Positions 23,636 through 32,964 of a DNA stretch of 32,964 nt are shown one piece after another. A program made the position numbers and the translations under genes. Position 1 is the stretch's first letter. Every line of letters begins with the position of its first letter. The notes beneath the pieces were generated by a model. The model ran no database searches, was not told the origin of the DNA, and was given only the letters and a program-made list of their open reading frames with translations. Source of the stretch: Intoshia linei (lineage: Eukaryota; Animalia; Orthonectida). The stretch is from the NCBI GenBank assembly GCA_001642005.1, contig LWCA01000305.1, positions 1-32,964 on the forward strand, read 5' to 3'.

Positions 23636-23966
23636 TTATAAATCACATATCTTTGTAATATTGCATTTACCATACCTTTTCACAAAATAATTTTTGACTG
23701 TTGAGAATCGATCATCATCCAAATGTGGCCATTTTACACTATCTTGATTTACAAATAGGTTCAGACGATAAGTATCATGATACGTCAAAGCAATAATTAC
23801 ATTTGCAGAAAAAGGAAACAGTTGACTCGAATTGAACACTCTAAAATCTTTCAAATCGTTCCAATTTTCAGCGGTAATTTCTTGAGCATTATCAAAATAT
23901 CCTAAAAGTGTCAGAAAAGGTACTAAAGTTGTTTCATGGGCCGTTCGTACAGTTAGTAATGTATAA
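23636..23966 (-). CDS. MINPP1-like histidine acid phosphatase, terminal exon copy B
   Basis: Phase-2 acceptor at 23966. Reads YTLLTVRTAHETTLVPFLTLLGYFDNAQEITAENW...FPFSANVIIAL...KWPHLDDD...CNITKICDL*, a clear paralog of copy A. Confidence 0.75.
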
Positions 23967-24786
23967 CTAAAAATATTTACAAGATAAATATATTCATTGG
24001 TATATTAATTTAAATTAGCCATTTAAAATCTTTAATTCATTTTTTTAAATTGTTTAATCTACATAATTGTATGTATATTAACATTTTAATTTTTAATTTT
24101 AATTCAAAACTTTGAAAAATATTGGTTGATATTATTTTTATTATTTGGTAAGTTATTTTTAAACGAGAATACATAGTAGACTCGTAGGTTCAAAAATTTT
24201 CTCTATATTACCTGGAATAAATTGCATCAGAATAATTTTTTTTAAATTTTAGAACTATACATAATTATGTATTATCAATTATAATTGAATATTTTTAGTT
24301 ATAATAAAACAGTTACCAAATAAAAAATGAATACTAAATGCCGTTATGATTGTGAATGCGTCACTTTGTAAGATTGAATCAACACAAAATTTGTATAAAC
24401 TGGAAATAACTGTTTTAACTCTGATTTTTTTTAAATTTTAAAACTCTTCATTTTTAAAAAAAGTATAAATTGAGTTTTTGACACTGAAAAACTCAATTTT
24501 AAAACAAATAAGTAATAGATAAAACAAATAAATAGTAACGTTTCACTGTTCAATATTTTTTTAATGATTCTGATTCATAATTATTAAGATAATATCAATA
24601 GATGTTGCACACTGCAAGTAACAACAATAGTATTAATAAATTAACAATTAAAAATTTCATAAAAAATGAACGATTCAGCTTACAAAATTATAACATAACA
24701 TTACTAAAAATCTAGTTTTATTGACGTATTTTATCCAAGACAAATCAACATAATTTAATTTAACTATGATTTTAATTTAACTGGGA

Positions 24787-26364
24787 ATGGTATCTTATGC
24801 TGAAGAACTACTGAAAGAGCAAAAAAAACAAATACCTTGTGATGTAATAAAATTGAGTTCAAAAAAAACCATAAAAAAAAGTGAAAGTAAAAAAGATGAA
24901 CCATTAGAGCCTTTATCTTGGCTAACAAAAATTGATAATCCAAACACAGTTGACATAGATGTCAAGATTTACAAAGAAAGAAAACGACAACCACGCATTT
25001 CTTATAAAGAAATGATTTTAGCTAGCATCAAGACGACAGGTTACATGTTCTTGCGTACACATGAACAAACTCGAGGACTTCACTTGAAAGAAATTGTTAA
25101 ATGGATACGAAAAAATTACCCTGTTTATAAGAAGAATGGAAAAGCCAAATTGGAGAGAGCAATAAAAAGTTGTTTATCATTGAATGGTGAATTTTATTCT
25201 TGGAAACCATATAATGACTACATCTCTGATCCAAAGATAAAAGTTTGGTCCATTTGTGATAATTTCAACCAATTTTTAATGCCTCTAAATAATTTTGTTG
25301 AATCAGATAATTCTAGTAATCACCAAGATGACATTTATTTTCCAAATCAAGAGACCAAAAGTAAATCTCCAGAGATAAAAGAGTTAAATAGTGATGAAGA
25401 TAAAGCTTCAATGTTTCTTCTCGATTCATTTAGTCTTAAAAAAATTGAAAATAATACTGAAACGAACACTGGCTTAAATATTCAGATGCAAGGCCCCATT
25501 CCACAATCTTTTGATAATTGTGATCAATTTAATGTGAATAATTTACCGGGTTTTATGGGCCCTCAAAATTTAAAAAATAATGATAACATTTTTACGGTAC
25601 CGGTAAGTCACCCTGCAGAAATTGAATATCATCAAATGTATGATTCTTCGTGTAATGAACCAATGTTGACCCATGATAATAATGGTTTATTTGATAATCC
25701 TGTGGTACCTTTATCCACATATATGCCAGACATCTTGATTCCAAGATATCACGAATATTTGCAAGATTCTGCTCATTTTTCCAACGATCGTTTAATTCAT
25801 CAACAATCTAGAAATTTTGAACATGTCGTCTTATCTGAAAATTACAATAGAAAATTGTATGACGATCCAGACTCAAACGAATATATTAATAAATGGTTTC
25901 AAAAATGTAGCAAAGTATCAAGTAAACCTAAACTTTCACCTATTAAATTTATGTCATTTCCAAAGCATGATAAATCTTGGTATAATGAGACATTATCTGA
26001 TAATGAGAATGTTCTTCCAATAAATACGTATAATAAAATGCAAAAAAATGTGAATTATGAAATAACAGAGACCCCTTTGCCCGATTATCCGCATACAGTC
26101 AACAATATTTGTAATCAATTTGATGATATGGAAAATCAAAATCCATTTATTGACACTAGAAATGTTTATGTCGCGATGCATGATAACAAAATATCTTTGT
26201 TACCAGATAAAGGTAATTACATAACATTTAAGGAAACGTCTACAATATATACCAGTTGTTCTTATCCCGTGACATGTCCCGTATTCATTATTTATTATGA
26301 CAGGTCCATTATTAAACTATATTTCGTTTTTTTCGGTGTAATAATTTTTCGAGATATGTCCTAG
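24787..26364 (+). CDS. Divergent forkhead-box protein 1 (long single ORF)
   Basis: QPRISYKEMILASI...LHLKEIVKWIRKNYPVY...AIKSCLSLNGEF...KVW follows the forkhead helix pattern. The extreme 3' end may be spliced differently. Confidence 0.8.
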   Translation: MVSYAEELLKEQKKQIPCDVIKLSSKKTIKKSESKKDEPLEPLSWLTKIDNPNTVDIDVKIYKERKRQPRISYKEMILASIKTTGYMFLRTHEQTRGLHLKEIVKWIRKNYPVYKKNGKAKLERAIKSCLSLNGEFYSWKPYNDYISDPKIKVWSICDNFNQFLMPLNNFVESDNSSNHQDDIYFPNQETKSKSPEIKELNSDEDKASMFLLDSFSLKKIENNTETNTGLNIQMQGPIPQSFDNCDQFNVNNLPGFMGPQNLKNNDNIFTVPVSHPAEIEYHQMYDSSCNEPMLTHDNNGLFDNPVVPLSTYMPDILIPRYHEYLQDSAHFSNDRLIHQQSRNFEHVVLSENYNRKLYDDPDSNEYINKWFQKCSKVSSKPKLSPIKFMSFPKHDKSWYNETLSDNENVLPINTYNKMQKNVNYEITETPLPDYPHTVNNICNQFDDMENQNPFIDTRNVYVAMHDNKISLLPDKGNYITFKETSTIYTSCSYPVTCPVFIIYYDRSIIKLYFVFFGVIIFRDMS

Positions 26365-26634
26365 TCACCCTAATATTAATTCATTAGAATACTCATTCCG
26401 AGTGAATTATTTATATTTTTCGAATATTACATCGTATTAAATTTTATTTTCTGTTTAACTATGAATAAAGGCCACAGAAAAAACGAGGACATATGGAAAA
26501 ATTTTCATTTGGGTAACCACAAAAAGAATTATAGAATGGTGCATCATTTTTCCAAATTGATCATTTAAAAAAATTATATTTTATTATTATTGTTTTATAT
26601 TTTTATTATTTTTACAGTGCACGACACCTTAGAG

Positions 26635-26800
26635 CAGTCGTTTCCTAAATTTGCACAGTTGCGGCGCACCCAATATGTGACAAAATTTCTTAACACTTGA
26701 AATCGATGTGCTAACAATTTTTAAATTAAAATCTCGTGATGCATCTAATTTTGTCTTGCGACGCACTAGAGCGTCGCGATGCACAGTTTGAGAACCACTG
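26635..26800. mobile_element. hAT Charlie-type MITE (166 bp)
   Basis: The right end is the reverse complement of CAGTGGTTCTCAAACTGTG and the left end is the degenerate cagtcgtttcctaaatttg. The 8-bp target duplication ccttagag/ccttagac has a central TA. Internal hairpin gcgacgc-actaga-gcgtcgc. Confidence 0.85.
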
Positions 26801-26961
26801 CCTTAGACTCTAAGGCTTAGAGGGTAAAAAAATAACTATAATCCTTCTAGATCAGATACATAATTTTGTATGCTAAATGTATATTCCAAATAATATTTAT
26901 ATTCCACTAACACAAGTCGTTAATAATTATTTCATATTTTTTATTTTACATTATTGTACAT

Positions 26962-27513
26962 TAAGGTGTCTCAAAAAAAATGAAAAATTATATTTTGGAA
27001 CATCCTTAGGTATAATAGTAATCAAGTATAAAAAAATCATATTTCCAAAATATTAATGCATTTTAACAAATGTTCAGTTGTCCTCCATGTTAAGTTATAC
27101 AGTTTATTTTTTTAAATTTGTTTCTAGCTCAATTTTTTTGAATTTTATTAACGATTTAATTTTTCAAATTCTGGCTATTTACATTATTTAAATTGTATTC
27201 AAAGCATCAAAAAAAATAAAATCCAAAAAAATTGAGCTAGAAACAAATTAACAAAAAAATAAACTGTATAACTTAACATGAAGAACAATATTATAAAGTC
27301 GTACCACGTTTAAAAGCTCAAAAGCAATTTCCGTTAAAATAAAGTTCAGTTTTAATTTTGTAATATATAGTATATATATAGAAAACTTTAAATAATCAGG
27401 CTAACTTCACCGTTAAGAGTTGGCCCAAAATATTTTACAATAGTTATTATTTTAGTAATACTATACTTTTAAGCCCTAAGGATATTTTTTCTAAATATTC
27501 ATGAGACACCTTA
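26962..27513. mobile_element. hAT-type MITE (552 bp) with a perfect 8-bp target duplication
   Basis: Terminal inverted repeats taaggtgtctca/tgagacacctta, with ttgtacat duplicated at 26954-26961 and 27514-27521. Internal inverted repeat at about 27087-27140 versus 27223-27280. Confidence 0.9.
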
Positions 27514-27555
27514 TTGTACATTGTACAATGTACAATGTTAATGAAATTTTTTATA

Positions 27556-27680
27556 TCCTAACTGATATAATATGTTACGCGATTTTTGTTTGTGTGTCTG
27601 TGTGTCTGTGTTCAGCTTTATTCAAATAATTACCCGTCTTAGAATGTTAAAAAATGTGAAATAATTAACGGTCCGAAAAT

Positions 27681-27711
<31 letters not shown>

Positions 27712-28150
27712 AATTATTATTCTGATAGAGATTATTCCAAAAGTTCAACCCGAGGAATCCACGCATCCCCGGTGAAAAATAATTTTTAATATATTATCAA
27801 CCAATATTTTTCAAATATTTTGATTTAAATTAAATTTGTAAAATAAAATTGAAAATGTAAATATTGATTCTACAATTTCAAAAAAAATGTGTAGTGAACG
27901 TCTACATATTTCCAATAAAGAAATATGGGTGAAAATCTATATAATTTATTCCTTCGTAATTTTTAAATTTTAAATTTTCATTTTCAAAACATTTTCATTA
28001 AAACATTCAAATTTAAATAAGAAACTAAACAACGAAACTAAAAAAACTTTGTTAATATCAATTTTATATTACAATTCTTTGCAATAATGGTATAATCTGA
28101 CTGAAATGTTTATAAAGTAAAAATTCAGTTAATTATTGATACAATTACGA
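27556..28150 (+). repeat. Helitron family copy, 5' end intact and internally deleted
   Basis: A|TCCTAACTGATATAATATGTTACGCG followed by a gtgtgtct microsatellite, matching the 5' end at 18352. Confidence 0.75.
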
Positions 28151-28399
28151 TAATTACGACAAATTTACGATAATGGGTATGATTTTAAAATCAATATCAG
28201 ATTGAATATTTTTTAAATTTTTTTTTAATTTTAGGGCTCGTTTGATTTTTTAAAAAAGGCATAATTGGACTTTTTTAATTTGAAGACTGAATTTCTGAAA
28301 ATAAAATTTTCGCTAAAATTTCAACCGCGAAAAATTATAATAGAAGTTGGTTTTTTAAATAATACGCCTCTTAATTTCTTAGTTAATATTTATAATTAA

Positions 28400-28954
28400 T
28401 AAGTTAATATATCAACTGGAATAAGCTGTACAGAATAATCTTTTTTTTAATTTGCATCAATTATTTCACATTTTTTGTTTTTGTTAATAAAATATTTCGA
28501 AAAAAAATATATGAATACTTAAGTGTTTTTTTTGACCGTGAAAGCGTCACTTATTCAGATTGAAATTTTTTCTGTGTATTAACAGGATACAACTGTACCA
28601 CCTGTAAATTTTTTTAATTCTAAGGTTGATTTCATAATAAAAAAAGGGTCATTTGGGGTTTTGGCCCTGAAGATATATATATTTTTTAAATTTAAATTTA
28701 TGATAATATTTATAGTTTTAAAATTTGTATCAGATTGTATATTTTTTCAAATTCTCCAACTCGTTTTATTTTCAAAAAAAGGACAATTGGGGTTTTTGAC
28801 CCGTAAGATGTAGATTTACAAAGTTGAAATTATTCTTAAAAACTCCCAGAAAAATTTTAATAGAAATGTGGACTTTATAAAATTCTAAAACTAGTAGTTC
28901 TTGAAATAAACGATAACACACACAGATAAACAAAGCATATTATATATGTAAGGA
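28400..28954 (-). repeat. Helitron family copy, 5' half
   Basis: The minus strand starts A|TCCTTACATATATAATATGC and is collinear with 17790-18350. Confidence 0.75.
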
Positions 28955-29421
28955 TATAAGTAAAGAAGAATTACGTAATTTAATGTTTTAGAAGAGTTAA
29001 CTGAATCTGAAGATGGTCAATAAAATTACAATAATTGTATGTAAAATTATAATAAATATTTTAATTCTATTTGTATAACTAAACTTTAATTTTTACTTTA
29101 CAAATATAACCGAAAAGATGTAATATTGGACAAGAAAATCTTAAAAAAAAGTATCTTATGAGTGAAATGACATCTAAATTAATTTTTCAGTGATTAAAAA
29201 TTTTTCATTAACATATCATTTTTACATTCCATAAACTCGATAAAGTATTATTATTAAATTTGATCTACAGCAGTAGCAACCTTACTTGATGAATATCAAT
29301 ACAAACTGTTAAGTGACAATATAAAAAAAAATTAATATACTAAACTAATATAAAAAACAAGTTTTTTTGTTTTTATCAAAAATATTTGAAATGTTTATAA
29401 ATTTTTAAAGATTATACCAAA

Positions 29422-31404
29422 ATGAATTTTCAAGATAACAGAACATCACAACCCATTAATAATAAAAGGAAACACCCCAATGAGAATAATGGTAATGATG
29501 AAAATGGAAATGAAGCTGAGAGTTTTCAATATGTAACCAATCAAAAAACTGAAGAAAAAAATAAAGAAAAAGAAAACGAAATGGAAATGGAAATGGAAAT
29601 GGAAAAAGTAAAGGTGCAAGTAAAACAACTTAAAAACGATATTAATAACAAAAATGAAGAAGATAAAGATGTGAATATTAAAATAAAAAGTATAACAAAC
29701 TTGATAAAAAAAAATATAGATAAAAACACACTTAAACCTATGGAGAGACCAGAAATCTCAATTACTCAATTAATATACTTGTCGTTGCTCATCCGTGGCA
29801 AAGTATACATATTTAATAACTACTCGACGCAAGGACTTCAAATGAAAAAAATATTTGAATGGGTGGACAATCATTACGCTTACTTTAGGTCTGATTATCA
29901 AAAAATGCGTGTGCGTAATTCCATTAGACATACTTTATCAGTAAATCCCATATTCATCAGTTTTAAACCTAAAGTAGATCCACTTTTTAAAGGAAGCAGT
30001 GTTTGGGTGTACGATTCTCTCGCAACATTGCCAATTATCCCAAACAAGGAACTGTTGAGATTTAGACTGAATCATCTAGTAATAGGATCACCATATTTAA
30101 ACAGAAATATTGATAAAGATGGAGTAATTAATACATCTATAGAAAGATCAAATATACCTCAAATGCCAAATATGCCCAATATCTATTTTAACAAAAATGA
30201 ACAAATCGATTCGCGTACTTTTCCAGTGGATCAGAAAATTTTGATTGTAAATAAAACGAATGAAATAAATGATAGAAATAAAATCAATTTTCATCATACC
30301 ATGAAACCTTTTCAAAGATCGACATCCTTAAATATGGATATTATTGCTAATTTAGGCAAAAAGCTACGTCGTTTATCAGAAAATGTCATAAAATGCGGGA
30401 ATAATAGAGATTCTCCAAAAAAAGAAGGTAATCTGTTCAAAATTACAAAATTTGCAATTAGCAAACCTAACATTATAAAAGAAAAAATTGAAACAAAATA
30501 TTATAAAAACGTAAAAAGTCCAAATGAATCCAAAACTGATGAGAAATCAAATGAAATATCAAATAATGTTGCTAGAATCCAAACTAAACCAATTGAAAAT
30601 AAACAGGAAAATTTAGTAAATGTGTCAATTGAACACGTCGATTTTACCGATATAGAAAAATTAGAAAATGATTACAATAAATATATAAAAATATCGATGG
30701 AACCTGTTAAATCGAAAGAATGTAAAAATTCAATGCAAATTGAAAATGAAAAATCAAAATTTGTTAAAATTTCAATAGAGCATGTAAATTCAGAAAAATG
30801 TAACGATTTGAAAAAACCTCAAAGTAACAAAAATAACCAAACTACTTTAGAACAGCATCGAAATAATGGTAAAGAAATTGGAATGATTAAAAATGAAAAT
30901 GAAAATGAGTATGTACATAATAATCGCTGTATTAATAGCAATAAACCTTATGATGACACGAATAATAAAATTAACGATATGAAAATGAAATGTGCCATAA
31001 AATTTGCACAGTATGCAAATTCTACAGATGGTGTTAATAATGAGATTATGCCTTCAACATCAGAAATACCGTCAGTAGCAACATCCATATCTATGCAAGA
31101 TATGGAGAAAAATCAAACAACACAAACAAAACAAACATTTCCTCAAAAAATTTCTATAAATTGTCCAATTAATAAGGACATTGTCATTTACTGTACTTCC
31201 GAGTTTCTTAAATCAAAAGACAATTCAAACAGTATTGAATACAAAGATGCTGATTATATATTCATCAAAAATAAGGATGAAACAGAAAATAAAATTGAGC
31301 ATAAATGCACATGTCACGGTAATATAAAAAAATTTTTAATTTCATTATTTATTGGGAAAAAATGTGACCGAACATTACTAAACATTCTTCTTTACAGAAC
31401 ATAA
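29422..31404 (+). CDS. Divergent forkhead-box protein 2 (intronless, 660 aa)
   Basis: RPEISITQLIYLSL...LQMKKIFEWVDNHYAYF...RNSIRHTLSVNPIF...KGSSVW; the NSIRH recognition helix is intact. Confidence 0.88.
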   Translation: MNFQDNRTSQPINNKRKHPNENNGNDENGNEAESFQYVTNQKTEEKNKEKENEMEMEMEMEKVKVQVKQLKNDINNKNEEDKDVNIKIKSITNLIKKNIDKNTLKPMERPEISITQLIYLSLLIRGKVYIFNNYSTQGLQMKKIFEWVDNHYAYFRSDYQKMRVRNSIRHTLSVNPIFISFKPKVDPLFKGSSVWVYDSLATLPIIPNKELLRFRLNHLVIGSPYLNRNIDKDGVINTSIERSNIPQMPNMPNIYFNKNEQIDSRTFPVDQKILIVNKTNEINDRNKINFHHTMKPFQRSTSLNMDIIANLGKKLRRLSENVIKCGNNRDSPKKEGNLFKITKFAISKPNIIKEKIETKYYKNVKSPNESKTDEKSNEISNNVARIQTKPIENKQENLVNVSIEHVDFTDIEKLENDYNKYIKISMEPVKSKECKNSMQIENEKSKFVKISIEHVNSEKCNDLKKPQSNKNNQTTLEQHRNNGKEIGMIKNENENEYVHNNRCINSNKPYDDTNNKINDMKMKCAIKFAQYANSTDGVNNEIMPSTSEIPSVATSISMQDMEKNQTTQTKQTFPQKISINCPINKDIVIYCTSEFLKSKDNSNSIEYKDADYIFIKNKDETENKIEHKCTCHGNIKKFLISLFIGKKCDRTLLNILLYRT

Positions 31405-31879
31405 AAATCCACTTTTATCAAAATTACTTTTAGATAATTGATATTATTAACCTGTTTAAAAAAAAATGTGGTTTTAGTAACCTTAATAAAATCTAACAAT
31501 AATAAAAAATATAAAAAAAAAACAAATTTTTATCGAATATAAACAAAATATACATTTTATTTTAACTTTTACGTAACCTTGTAGCAACTTTTTAGAAAAT
31601 ATTGAACAAAAATTTATTCAATTTTCACTGAATCTCGGTGTATAATTATCTAATCCAAATTTTTCCAAATCTTTACGGAAAAAATTAATTACTGTCACGT
31701 CGGATAAACAAAAACCACAATTAATGAAAATATCTAATTTTACTAGGGTTGGTAATTTAGCGAATAAATTTTAACTGGTAAATTTTGTAATAATATCAAA
31801 ACTAATTTAATCTCTATAATTTATTTACATTAATATCATTAACATTTATTTTTTGAAATTGTATTTTGAGAATATCAAT

Positions 31880-32964
31880 GCAAAAACATGTGCGAATGTT
31901 CTTCATTGAACTTTAGTAATTATATTACCGTTAGCAGAAAATACACTCTTTGACGCACAGTGGTAGGTTTCAATTTCAAATTGATAATTCACCTAATGAT
32001 AATGTTTTTAATGTTTTTTGTGTTATATCTGTATGAAACTATAAACAAATTATTAATAATTTAGAGATAAAAAACCCGTAGGAATCAATTATATAGATTT
32101 CCGCACATATTTCTTTATTGGGAATGTGTAGACAAATATTATTGGTATTGAATATAATTGTAATTGTAAACAAAAATATTGGTTGATAATATATTAAAAA
32201 TTATTTTTTTACGATAACGATAACGATAAATTTAATAAGAGTTAACAGTTCTTTGTTTCTCCTTTTCATTATTTCACCTTTTAACTAATTTTATTATTAT
32301 AGTTATTATATATAGATATTATTATTATTTGTATATATATATATATTATATATTTTAACTAATTGTATCGAATAATCTCCATTAATTATTTCTAATTCAT
32401 TGTAAATAAATTGAATGATAGCATCTACTTTTAATAAGTTCATGTCGGCCTTACTCAATGCCTCGATACCAATCTTAACCGGTTTTAGAATATTAGAAAT
32501 TTGTATAGCTACATCTAAAAATCCATTATTCCACATAAATGATAAGTTTAGATCAATTAAAGCAGTTATTACTGAATCCGATACTTTCAGGAATCGATCC
32601 AACATTGTTATAATACTGTTCCATCTATACTCGTCGGGGTATCCAACAATAAATTCAACTCATGGCCTTTTTTCAATTATGTAAATAATTATTTTTATTT
32701 ATGATATGTAATTTTGTAGTATATTATTTTTTATGGAAGATGATCTAAACACTTTAACAATTTTTCTGATTCCATTTAATGCAACTGATATTGGCAATAA
32801 TTCCGTTCTGTAAGGTATATCTGCATCACTGTCACTGTCGAAACTCAAATCAGTATCTGATTGTACGTAAACATCTTCCGAATCACTAGAATATAATACA
32901 GATATAACAGCAAGGTGTATTGCATGATTATAACATTGTTGATGTAAAATTCCGGAAATTCTTC
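31880..32964 (-). pseudogene. Decayed hAT transposase (runs off the window)
   Basis: Minus-strand motifs CYNHAIHLAV (CxxH), IRKIVKVFRSS, YRWNSIITMLDRFL, LKPVKIGIEALS and a frameshifted KPTTV/VFSA dimerization motif near 31950. It has in-frame stops and a Helitron fragment inserted at about 32075-32210. Confidence 0.8.

Noticed and set aside
29578-29605. (GAAATG)n tract encoding EMEMEME in Fox2
   Set aside because: An ordinary coding microsatellite in a disordered region.

Overview
This is very AT-rich eukaryotic (metazoan-like) genomic DNA in the standard genetic code, with mostly tiny spliceosomal introns (many 35-40 nt). That profile fits a compact invertebrate or parasite genome; an orthonectid-like origin is inference only. 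Genes reconstructed by hand: the 3' part of a ZGPAT-like G-patch gene, a divergent Cdc42-like Rho GTPase, an SDR16C-like dehydrogenase (with a probable GC-AG intron), MRPS24, a PABP with a degenerate MLLE domain, and a secreted MAM-domain gene. The MAM gene appears to splice across a Helitron-filled intron into a His/Asn/Tyr/Pro-rich tail, and its frame is broken by one extra T at a TTTT-GA site. There are also two MINPP1-like terminal exons with different catalytic motifs and no upstream exons in view, and two divergent intronless forkhead genes. Intergenic and intronic space is filled with a non-autonomous Helitron family, hAT MITEs with 8-bp target duplications, and decayed hAT and Tc1 transposases. 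Top candidates for follow-up are the MAM/His-rich gene (possible +1 frameshift or poison-exon switch) and the duplicated MINPP1 catalytic exons.
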